Virus record (IMG/VR): IMGVR_UViG_3300035703_000022
Location: 64,001 to 128,000 of that record
DNA: 64,000 nt
DNA from: a virus
Direction: 5' to 3' (one strand)
Shown: positions 37,543 through 48,500 of the stretch, piece by piece
How the letters are laid out: the number at the start of each line of letters is the position of its first letter
How positions within the stretch are numbered: position 1 is the stretch's first letter
Translations under genes and position numbers: made by a program
The notes under the pieces: generated by a model
Databases searched by the model: none
Seen by the model: the letters and a program-made list of their open reading frames with translations, nothing else
Told to the model about the DNA's origin: nothing

Positions 37543-38872
37543 TATCCCAAATCCCCTTTAGTTCAGGAAATACTTCCAAATAATTTTCATTTCTTATACA
37601 ATCCAAAGCAGACATATAAGACTTGTAATGTGGAACCAGGTGGTTCGCCTCTTCACCAGATAGAAGTTTTAGAACAGATATGTATTGTTTAATAGATTCC
37701 TTGGCTTTTGCTGGTATGAGATAATTTTCAATATGATATTTAATCTTCTGAGCTAATAATCTTCTCGACTCGGTATTAAGAATCAAGACTGACATATAAT
37801 CAGGATTATGTAAAATACATAAAGAGAAATCATCCCAACTATTGATTATACCTCTTAGATAAAGTTCTTTATGTGCATCCATAGTATGGAAACAATTTGT
37901 TACCTGGAAAACATAATTAATTTTTACACTTGTATGAGGAAATTTGCTTCTAAACATTTTAAAATTATCTAGAAACTTCTGCCAATCGAATCCTTTACGA
38001 ATCAATTCTCCACGTTTACCAGTTCCATCAAAACTTACAGACAAGTATAGGTTTGGAAACTTTTTCCACAAATCCAAAACATTTTCATCTTTATACTTTA
38101 AAGTACTAAAATTTGTATTATAGGACAACCTGACCTTAGTATTTCTATTTTTTTCTATTAATTTTTTAAGAATTCTATAATGATGATCAGAAATTAAAGG
38201 TTCTCCGCCAGCAAAGTATACTTCTTCAACTATATCATATAGGGGTTCAATATCTTGATGTACCATATCTACATCAATTTTTGGATATTCACCTTCAATA
38301 TTAAACTCTTTCCTCATCTCTTGTTCCCAGGAACTACTATACCCAGGACTACACATTCTACATTTAAAATTACAGATATTATTTAATCTAAAATCCCAAT
38401 AAACAAGATTAAATCTATCGAAAGTTCCGTCTTCTTTAGTTTCTTGTACATGTTCAAAATGTTTTGCATAAGTCTCATTCATACTGAGTCTTAAAGAACC
38501 ATGTCCTATTTCTTCTTCTTTATAACATGATGTGCAGTAACTAGATTTTTTTCCATTCATCATGTTTCTGCGGAGTTCTTTCATTTTATCATTATTCCAA
38601 ATCTCCTTAAGAGACTCATTCATCAAAGAACCCATTTTAAAATCCCTTGGATCGCCAGAACATTCCGTAGCAACGATCTCTAATGGATTTTTTACTTCAT
38701 TATTATTTTCATTTGTTTCATCAGATTCTTCGTTTGAATCTTGTAAATCATCATCAAGACCTTCTGTGCCGCATATAGGCATCATGCAACAAGGATAAAC
38801 ATCTCCATTTGGTCCAATGTTCATATGAACCCAAGGAGCCATACAAAAAGTTTTAGTTGATTTTATACTCAT
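37535..38872 (-). CDS. Radical SAM protein with N-terminal twitch/SPASM-like domain
   Basis: CMAPW..YPCC..IWN..CTSC, then CNFKCRMC and AGGEP. Confidence 0.9.
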   Translation of the reverse strand: MSIKSTKTFCMAPWVHMNIGPNGDVYPCCMMPICGTEGLDDDLQDSNEESDETNENNNEVKNPLEIVATECSGDPRDFKMGSLMNESLKEIWNNDKMKELRRNMMNGKKSSYCTSCYKEEEIGHGSLRLSMNETYAKHFEHVQETKEDGTFDRFNLVYWDFRLNNICNFKCRMCSPGYSSSWEQEMRKEFNIEGEYPKIDVDMVHQDIEPLYDIVEEVYFAGGEPLISDHHYRILKKLIEKNRNTKVRLSYNTNFSTLKYKDENVLDLWKKFPNLYLSVSFDGTGKRGELIRKGFDWQKFLDNFKMFRSKFPHTSVKINYVFQVTNCFHTMDAHKELYLRGIINSWDDFSLCILHNPDYMSVLILNTESRRLLAQKIKYHIENYLIPAKAKESIKQYISVLKLLSGEEANHLVPHYKSYMSALDCIRNENYLEVFPELKGIWDNV

Positions 38873-38916
38873 AACTAATTTATTAATAACAGGTGGATAA
38901 CGACGATCAATACTAA

Positions 38917-39174
38917 CTATATATGCGATTGTTTAGAAATGTAATCTGCATATTCTTTATTTGGATGATTAATTAATCTTTTATGATAAAAATATATAAT
39001 CATTTTTGCAGCAGTTCCTGTAAAAAATCCAGGAACAATACCATGTATTATACTAGAAATACCAACTAAAATCATCTTAACTCCAGCATAAGAAGCCCAT
39101 AACAAATGACTTATATAAGTTTCTCTACTAGATTCCAAGTGACTTGAACTTTTCTTTAATATGTTCATTATCAT
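38917..39174 (-). CDS. Small protein, DUF6356-like
   Basis: HLESSRETYISHL..A..IIHGIVPGFF pattern. Confidence 0.6.
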   Translation of the reverse strand: MIMNILKKSSSHLESSRETYISHLLWASYAGVKMILVGISSIIHGIVPGFFTGTAAKMIIYFYHKRLINHPNKEYADYISKQSHI

Positions 39175-39198
39175 AAATGCGATTTTATAAGTTAAATT

Positions 39199-40740
39199 TT
39201 ATATTTCTAAACCTTCAAATTTTCGTAAGTACTCATCCCTACGTTTCAAAATGAATGTTGAAGGATTGGATTTTATTTCAACATGAGATCTGAAATAATC
39301 ACGTAATAATTGATTATCTATTTTGACTCCCGTAAAAAATAATTTCGGATCTAAAATTTCATATTTACTTATATGATGAGCCCAACATATGTTGCCAATA
39401 TTTGTATTAATTCCTCTTATTAGAATGTCTAAGTTAGATAGATCCAATTCATCGGAAACTCCTATTATAGATGTTTTCCATATAGCCAAGTATATTTCAT
39501 TTACTGCCGGATCATAGACAAACTTTGCATCTATGATTGGTTTAAATAATTCTAATATTTTATTATGACCGGCCACATCTACTACATGTTCATTTATTCT
39601 TATTAGATCTGTTCTGCCATTATGATAAAAATTATCACAATCTATTAAAAACTCATCATTTGTACAAACTTTTTGATTATAAGTTGGAATATTTACTTCC
39701 AAAAGATTTTTTTCAGTAAAAGAAATTTGATAGTAATCGTCTATTAAGGTGAATTTATTTTGAACAAAATTATCATCACTTGCTTGGTTTATGAATATTG
39801 GTCCACTAGTTTCTGATGTTCCAAATAAACTTATGATATTTTTTATTTTATTTTCTTTTACATATGATACCCATTCTTTTTTTATTGTAGATAGTGTATA
39901 AATTATTGTCTTCGATGGTGGGTTATTATGATCAATACCATTTAAATAACCATCAATATCATAAGTATATGGAATCATAATGTGGTCAAAAATATTTTTA
40001 TTTCTCATAAAATATTTTTCGTCATTAAAATCTGAACAATCTCCCCAATAATTAAATATATTTTTTACATCTTTGGACATCAATGTTGGAATAAAATAAG
40101 TAGCTGGACCACTACCGTGACCTAAACACTTTTCATTAACAACGTTCCCATAAAACATTTTAGAATTTCTCTGACATAAATCGAATAAAAATTCATGACT
40201 ATGTTCTATTATTTTTGGTGTTCCAGTAGTTCCACTTGAAGTGCATCTCATTGCAATAGATTTTGGATCTACTTTTATATTCTGAGTAATATTTTCATTA
40301 TATTCGTGACTTTCAATATCAGTGGAATAAATTGTATTTAAACAATGTTTAGTAAGAATAGCGTATTTACTTCTAGGGTGTTCTTTTGCAGCGGTATCAT
40401 CTTCACAAATGAAGTAGTGTATTGGTGATAGTAATTGTGTTTTAGTAGCAGAGTCTGGAGAAATTACTGTAATATTATAATCAATTATTGAAATAGAAAG
40501 TCCTAATTCCAAACAAGCAAAAACACTTGCCATTTTTCTTAAACAAGTTCCATAGTACCCAATAAGAACTGTTTCTCCTGGGTGTATTTCATAATTTGAT
40601 AGAAAATAATTTTTAGTCTGATCTACTATTTTTTCAAAATCATCGAAAGTATATTTTACAAGTTTACCTTCATCAGTAATATCATAAAATGTTATACTCT
40701 TATTGATAATATTTCTGTCTATTACATGTAAACAATTCAT
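39199..40740 (-). CDS. Adenylate-forming (ANL/AMP-binding) enzyme-like
   Basis: TSSGTTGTPK, FGTSET, GRTD. Confidence 0.75.
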   Translation of the reverse strand: MNCLHVIDRNIINKSITFYDITDEGKLVKYTFDDFEKIVDQTKNYFLSNYEIHPGETVLIGYYGTCLRKMASVFACLELGLSISIIDYNITVISPDSATKTQLLSPIHYFICEDDTAAKEHPRSKYAILTKHCLNTIYSTDIESHEYNENITQNIKVDPKSIAMRCTSSGTTGTPKIIEHSHEFLFDLCQRNSKMFYGNVVNEKCLGHGSGPATYFIPTLMSKDVKNIFNYWGDCSDFNDEKYFMRNKNIFDHIMIPYTYDIDGYLNGIDHNNPPSKTIIYTLSTIKKEWVSYVKENKIKNIISLFGTSETSGPIFINQASDDNFVQNKFTLIDDYYQISFTEKNLLEVNIPTYNQKVCTNDEFLIDCDNFYHNGRTDLIRINEHVVDVAGHNKILELFKPIIDAKFVYDPAVNEIYLAIWKTSIIGVSDELDLSNLDILIRGINTNIGNICWAHHISKYEILDPKLFFTGVKIDNQLLRDYFRSHVEIKSNPSTFILKRRDEYLRKFEGLEI

Positions 40741-40776
40741 AATAAATTGATTTATATAGAAGTATTTATAGCTTGA

Positions 40777-41493
40777 TCAAATGGATAAATTATAAAGATA
40801 ATAATCCATTTCATATAGATCCAAGAAGTTTTTATTATTTGCACAATACTTATTAAAAATATCATTACAAAATTCATAGTTTTTTAATTTAAATTCAAAT
40901 TGCTGCATAGAATTACTATGCATTATTTGGACAGGTCTGTTCAAAATATTTGAAATTTTTTCATTGATATTTTTATCAAGTTTCAAAAAAGATATATCAA
41001 TATCATATTTAAAACAAAATTTTATAGTTGATAATTGAGGTTCAGTATGTCCATCGAATATAAATTTATTATTTTTTAATTCAGACAGGAATTTATTACG
41101 AGATCCTTTTTCATCGCCATCAAAATCAATTCCTTGATAATCATAGATATTTAAAAATTCATTTATTCCAGATATCCACCTTTCATTTGGGTCTCTAGTA
41201 ACAATAAAAAATTTATATTGACTTCTATATTTTTTTGGAATATCTAAGTCAAAATAACAGTTTGGTTGTAGAACAACCTTTACTGGAGTAAATTCTAAAG
41301 AATTTTCTATTGATGTGGAAGCATTCTTTGCGATTGGTACATATATTATTTTTTCTTTTTCTAATTCGAGAAAAGCTTGTATTTCTCTCCCACATGAAAA
41401 ATCCAGTTCTTGTTTTGGAAAATACTCATATGAAACTGAATTAAAAACAAGATCATTATATTTTTGCCAATCTAAACTATAAATTTTTTGCAT
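40777..41493 (-). CDS. Sulfotransferase family 2-like
   Basis: PIAKNASTS and RDPNERWIS PAPS-binding motifs. Confidence 0.75.
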   Translation of the reverse strand: MQKIYSLDWQKYNDLVFNSVSYEYFPKQELDFSCGREIQAFLELEKEKIIYVPIAKNASTSIENSLEFTPVKVVLQPNCYFDLDIPKKYRSQYKFFIVTRDPNERWISGINEFLNIYDYQGIDFDGDEKGSRNKFLSELKNNKFIFDGHTEPQLSTIKFCFKYDIDISFLKLDKNINEKISNILNRPVQIMHSNSMQQFEFKLKNYEFCNDIFNKYCANNKNFLDLYEMDYYLYNLSI

Positions 41494-42340
41494 TTTTTAA
41501 ATTACTATAAATTTTTTCAGCAAATAATTTATTTGAATGTCTTCCATAATGAGCCAAATCTCTTGCATAGTCATTTGGAATTGGTTGATATAATTCACAC
41601 CCCAATAACTTTGATGTTGTTGGGAATGTGGAGAATTCATATAGTGGACACTTATCTTTCCATAAATTTTTAATTAACTCCACATTTACCATATTAAATG
41701 GAATTAGGTGATCCAAAACTTTCGGAGCATGAACGGATTTTAAAACCGATCCCGTTGATTCTTCAACTGCTGCAATTGCTTCTGGAGGATGTTCGTAAAT
41801 ATCTTCAAATTTTGTATTCATCAAAACAAAGTCTTTTTGATAGATAAGATGTCTGGTAATACCCGTCCAACAATAAATGACTAATTTTGGTGGCCCATAT
41901 TTTTTATACAACATCAGAGAATTATGGAGACAAAATTGTATTGAAGATCCACCTGCTCCAAGATTTATCACTGGAATTCCACTTTTTTGTTCTAAAAAAT
42001 ATGGAATAGTATGATTATCATCATTACCAGTTCCAAATATATGAGAACAACCAAACATTACTATCGAATTTTTCCAATCTATATCTTCAAATTCTTTTGT
42101 TCTGTATCCATAACTATTTAAAGTATACTTGATCTTATTATTTCTATAATACCAGTCTTTGGGTTGTCTCTTTAAGTTTTTTTTATAAAACTCATATGTG
42201 TCTATACCAAAAAAATCCCAAGACCCAACAACGGAATCTCTTTGAATCACTTCAGATTCTCCGTAATTATGTACAAATACGCCTGGAAAGGGGAGAAAAT
42301 TATTATTTTTTATAGAATCGACCGTATTTAAATTGATCAT
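41477..42340 (-). CDS. SGNH-like protein
   Basis: NSYGYR, FGCSHIFG, NLGAGGSS, DLAH. Confidence 0.7.
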   Translation of the reverse strand: MINLNTVDSIKNNNFLPFPGVFVHNYGESEVIQRDSVVGSWDFFGIDTYEFYKKNLKRQPKDWYYRNNKIKYTLNSYGYRTKEFEDIDWKNSIVMFGCSHIFGTGNDDNHTIPYFLEQKSGIPVINLGAGGSSIQFCLHNSLMLYKKYGPPKLVIYCWTGITRHLIYQKDFVLMNTKFEDIYEHPPEAIAAVEESTGSVLKSVHAPKVLDHLIPFNMVNVELIKNLWKDKCPLYEFSTFPTTSKLLGCELYQPIPNDYARDLAHYGRHSNKLFAEKIYSNLKNAKNL

Positions 42341-42358
42341 ATAGTAATTAAATTCAAT

Positions 42359-42463
42359 TTATTTGTATATAAAAGGGTCTTCTCGTTGCAGGTCTTTGAT
42401 AAGTTTTTTGGTTTTAAAGTATTGGATAATCTTATTATAAATCTTCTTAAAATTAATTATCAT
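42359..42463 (-). CDS. 34-aa basic peptide ending DPFIYK (copy 2)
   Basis: MIINFKKIYNKIIQYFKTKKLIKDLQREDPFIYK; TATAAATA at 42493-42500. Confidence 0.8.
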   Translation of the reverse strand: MIINFKKIYNKIIQYFKTKKLIKDLQREDPFIYK

Positions 42464-42516
42464 TTTAAAATATTATCAATATTGTATCAAAATATTTATA
42501 GGTTATATCATCATAG

Positions 42517-45500
42517 TTATTTTAATATAGTATTATAAACTTTTACTTCATCTTGATTTTGATCGAGAACATACAAATAATTTCCATTCAAACTCAAATG
42601 AATATCCTTTGGAGTAACTGCACCACCAGCAGATGAACCAACATAAAGAGATTTTTGGCTATAAGTAGTATTATTTATCGATAAATTGGAAATCTCATAT
42701 TGAAGTATGACATTAACATCATTGACAAAAAGTTTTGTGGAATCTTGAGACTTTGTAATGGAAATCGGAGCAGTCGTCTCAGAACTTATATCTAAAAGAT
42801 GTCTATCGTATCCTACTAAAGTATTGCTAGTAGTTAAATCAAATCTTAGTATAGAGTCGTACTGTTGTCCAGTTAAGTATAAGTAATTACCATTACTAGA
42901 TAAAAATACATCATTAGGAACATTATCAATTCTACTTATATCTATATTCGTAGTTTGAGTAAATGATCCCAGTGATCCGGAAGAACCAGAATTTGAAATT
43001 TGATATATTCTATCATTACCTGGACCAGTTATCCAAAAAGTAGATCCAGTTGAGTCACATGTAAATCCAGTAGCAGCACTATCTGTTGAATGCGATACGG
43101 CATTCACATAAGTAGCAGTATTTATTTTATTTGCTGGGGATAAAGTATATCTACTAATATCATTTCCAGTATCTCCTAACATGTATAAATTTAATCCATC
43201 AGAAGTTTTGCATAATGATACTGGAGCAGAATCTTCACCAGAAAGCGAAATTACTCCAGTGTATGCAGTTTCTGGAGACCATGCGGTTTCTAGAGGAACT
43301 TCAACAACTTGAGTACCTGATAAAATATACATAGTTAATCCATCAGAGCTAAACGCTAGCCCATCAGAATCTATTCTGTGTATTAAATTATATGATTTAC
43401 CAGAATTAGTCCAACTAGAAAAATTCCAAGGTGAAGAAGTGGTATACTTATAAATTTTTTCTCCAGATTGACCTAACATCAATATAGTTTGTCCGTCGTC
43501 AGAAACCCAAACTCCAACAATATTGATATCTGGTACACTAGTTTGGAAATTAAATGAAGTATAATTATTGGCATTATATGGTGTCGCCAATGAATAAACT
43601 CTTATATCATCACCAGTATTTCCAAAATATGTTAATTTTGATCCATTGTCTCCAATATGAAGTCCTTGTGGAGAAGTGTCTTCTGCTATTGACATACTAG
43701 CTACATAGATACTCCCCACATCATATGCAGTATCCAGTATCATTTCATAAACTATTCCACCTGCCAAGGCATACATTTTAGTTCCATCAGTACTAATATC
43801 AATACCAGTTGGATCTACAAATATAGGACTAACGACAGTTTTAGCAGTTATTGTTGGACTATCTGATGCGTAATCTGTAGCATTATGTTGAGTTATTTGA
43901 TCAGAATCTCCAGTCAGATAGATCCTTGATCCATTTGCATTAAATGCCAATCCTCTAGTAGCAGAATCCATTGCAACTCCCGTTGCAGTAGAGGAAACTG
44001 AGCTAACATTCCATGCATAAGCACAAGTATAAGTTCTAACTGTATTGTTGGTAGAACCAAATACTGCAAATTTAGTTCCATTTCCAGTTCCACCAATAGT
44101 ATTATCAGATTTAAATTTGATACATTCAGGAGCAGTATCTGGAGATGCAAAATATTGAGTATTGATAGCAACAGTATCGTATGGATTATCAACTTCAAAT
44201 TCCCAAATTGAGGTACTGTTAATTACAAATAATTTAGTTCCATCATTATTAAATTTCAGTGATCTTGGATCTGGCACAAAATAAGCTATGTCTTTTGTAT
44301 TGCCTGTTGTTAATGTAGTATTGTAATTTACTGAAGGTGTATATTCACGAATAATATCTGTTGAGCCCACAATCCAATATCTTGATCCATCCTCTTTTAC
44401 CTCAAGACCATATGGTATAGTGTCTGCAAGTGATCCTGAATTACTAATAAATGTTCCGCTTGAAACTAGCCATGGAATTGATAAAGTATAACGATTTATA
44501 TCATCTCCGGATTGTCCATATACATACAATTCAGTTCCATTATTTGCAAATCTAGATACCATAGGAGTAGTTTCTTGAGTGGCTACATATAAAGATCCTT
44601 TATTTGCAGATAATAAGTTATGCGAGACTTCCATTGGAAATCCATAGACTTCATCTCCATCTAATACATAAATCCAGCCTCCATTTTTAGAAACTGCTAA
44701 ATCTGTTGCTGCTGTAATATTAACAAGATCGTTTGCGCCGATGGTTAATGATCTTTCTAGTGTCCATGTAATTGTTCCAGAAGCCCATGGAGTAAGAACT
44801 CCACTTTGTTTCAGACTGTATTCACGAATAGTATCTGAAGTGTCTCCCACAACATAGAATACTGTACCTTCTGTTACACCAGAACCATATGCAACTGCAA
44901 CCCCAGTTGGAGTTCCTTCAGCAGAAACATCTTTAGTTCCAGTCATTAAAGTAGCAGTTGATAAATCATATGCAGTACCCATAGTGTAGAAAAATACGTC
45001 ATCAGCTGTCTGTCCAACTAATGTAATATATTTTCCTGCATTAGCTCCATCTCTACTTACTTTTATACTATGTTGAACTCCGTCTGAGCCAGATACTAAT
45101 AAACTAGTAGCTTCTACAGTACCAAATTGAGTAATATCCCAAAACTTTGCATCTGTTGATGTAGTCGCTGTAATTGTATAACGATAAATTCTATCATTAC
45201 CAGTTCCAACTGCATATAAATGTTGTTTCCAGTTTCCTCCACCCGCATCATAAACATCTGTAATATCAAATCCAGTGTGTATTGTTTCTGTTTGAAGAGT
45301 GAATGATTTAGATTCATAAGTTGCTGTACTAACATCCCATGCAGTACTCAATGAATATTGATATACGATATCAGATGTTGTGCTGGACATTACATACATT
45401 TTAGTGCCATCTGACTTAAATGTAAGAGCTGCGGCAGTCGATAATTGAGCAGAAACTGATTTTACTTTATATGGAAGTCTTGCGCTAGTTATATCCCAAG

Positions 45501-48500
45501 GAGTGTCGAGAATTAATTCTACAACTCTATCTGAACTAGATCCAGTAATATAAAGTTTAGTTCCATCACTTTTTATCTCTACTCCCTGAGCAGTTCCATC
45601 ATAAGATAAAGTAGAAAAAGTTTTATATCCGGGAACTCCATTAACAGTAGAAATTGATGTGTTTATTGTAGTAACAGAATATGCAGTTTCTAAATCATAT
45701 TGATAAATTAAATCATCTAATTCATCACAAATATATAATCTCTTCCCTAAAGTGCCAGATGATCCATCTTTACCCCATGTCATTCCCGATGCATTAGCAT
45801 TAGCAGCAGGAAACGTTTTAGTAGGTATTCCACGTAAAGTAGTAATATCCCATGGAGTGTCTAAATTAAATTGTAGAATTCTATTGTTGGCGTCCTCAGT
45901 TAAATATACTCTTGTTCCAGTATCATTAAAATCTAATCCAGTCCAAGTTGCTCCACCAGAAGCCCCAGAGTTGCTTAATCCGTTAAGTACAGGAGATTGT
46001 GTACGACCAGGAACTGAAATGCCATTTATAGTAGTGGGAGTACTAGAATTATTCATAGTACTTATATCATATGCAGCACCAAGATAAAATTGATATATTC
46101 TATCATTATTATCACCAACAATGTACAACAATTTTCCAGCATTTGTTCCATATTTACAGAATGCCAAATCATAGGGTAAAGAATCCGATCCGCTGACACT
46201 CACATTCCTATATCTATATGCGGTAGATATATCCCATGGAGTTGAAAGAGTGAATTGTCTGAATGAATTATCATCATCAGCAACGCAGATCATTCTTGTT
46301 CCTTCTGGATTAAAAAATAATCCTGTTATTGCTCCAGCAAGTGTATTAAATGATTGAACATATGTTGCACTATTTAAAGTCCATGGAGTAGATAAAGTGT
46401 ATTCATATACACGGTCTTCAGTACTATTAGTTCCACCAATATACATTTTTGATCCTGCAGTAACTCCAGAAACAGTTTCTGGAGGACCAATATAAACTGA
46501 AGCAGGTGCAGCATCTTGCCCAGATACACTAACTGTTCTTTCAAACCATGCAGTACTAATATCCCAGGGAGTTTGTAAGTAAAATTGATATATTCTAGTT
46601 GTTCCAACATTACCATCAAGAACTGCCATGGATTTTCCATCATCCCCAAGAATTACAATACTTCTTGGATCTGTTGCAAAACTACTTACACTGAAAGATT
46701 TACTTTCATAAGTTGCAGTAACAAGGTCAAAAGCAGTAGAAAGAGAATACTGATATATTGTAGTTCCTATAAGAACATATATTTTTGTTCCATCTGGTCT
46801 CAAAACACTACTTTTTGGATTAACTCCTTGAGTTGATACATTAAGATTATTAAAATAATATGCAGTTGTTATGTCTCCCGGTGTCTTAACCGTATATTCA
46901 AAAATACTATTTAATTCATCGCCCAGAATATAAAATTTAGATTCATCGGTAGATACTTCAAATGATACGGGAGTAGTATCTAATGCAAATGGAACGGATT
47001 TATTATTATTAACTGCCGTTCTTAAATCAAATGGAGTACTCAGATCAAGTTGATGAATGTTGGTTAATGTCATTACATATAATCTAGTTCCATCTTGATT
47101 GAATCTAATAGTGTGTTGATTTGTTCCAAGAAGTCCCGTGAGAGAATAGTCACCATACCATAATGTATTGAAATCATATGGTGTACTTAAATCATATTTA
47201 AATATATCATGAGATGGAGAGGTTGGTAATGTCCATAAATTAGATCCATCTGAACTCAAGTAAATTTGATTCCACAATCTTCCGATAGATCTATCATATT
47301 GATCAACTGTATTAACAAATGTTGATGTTGAAAAAGTATTAAAATTGTAATTAGTTGATAATGGATATTTGTATATTCTTGGAGTACCACTAGCATTAAT
47401 TGTTAAATACAATTCACTACCATCATCTTTCATTAATATTGAAGATCCATTACCAAGAGCACTCATATTGTAAGTATCGTTTGAAATACTGGTTATATCA
47501 TATGGAGTAGACATATTAAAAGTATATAACCAAGAATCCGAAACCATTGCAATGTAAGAGCCAACACTAGAAATTCCTAATGAATTTATACTATTATCAT
47601 ATGGCCTAAAGTTTTTTGACGTATTCGTTCCGCCACTTGTAATAATACCAGCAGTTGTTAAATCTCTTTGATACAAAGTATTAAGTGTATTCGTAAACCA
47701 ATATAACTTATTGTCACCATCTCCAATAGCAATACCAGAAGAAACCGTTGGAGTTGAAAGTGAATACCCATCATATTGCCATGAACTAATATCCCAAGGA
47801 GTTTTTAATCTATATGCTACTATTAGATCTCTGAAATTTCCACAAACATAAACCAGTGTTCCATCACTACTAAAATCAATACCTGTTACATCACCATCAT
47901 AACTTGTGGGTATACTGGATGTTTGTAATGTTACTGTACTATTAATATCATACGCTACAGACAAATTGAATTGTCGAATAGTATCAGAATTATTTCCCAC
48001 AATATACATTTTATTTCCACTATCACCAAATACAATCCCAGTAGGATTTGAATCTGGAGCAGTTACTGTATATCCAGCAGTTGGAGCAAGTAGAACTACT
48101 GTTCCCAAATCCCATGCAGTGCCTAATTGATATTGGTAAACAGCATTTGTCGCTTCGTCACCAAGAATAAACATTTTGGTGCCAGTATCATTGAATGCCA
48201 ACCCCGAAGGTACGTCTGCCAAAGCTATTTCGGTAGTTCCAATAGTAAATTCTTTGGAATATGTTGATGTACTTACATCCCAAGCAGTGCTTAATGAATA
48301 TTGATATACTTTGTTGTTTTGATTTCCTAAAACAAACATTCTTGTCCCATCACTTGAGAAACGTACTGATCTAGGATCAGTATCTCTAGAAACCCCTGTG
48401 TTTATATTGAATGTTTTATCTGCCGTGGCGGTAACTGCACTAGAAGTAATATCCCATGCCGTAGTTAAATTATATTGATAAACTTGTTTTGTTGCACCAG

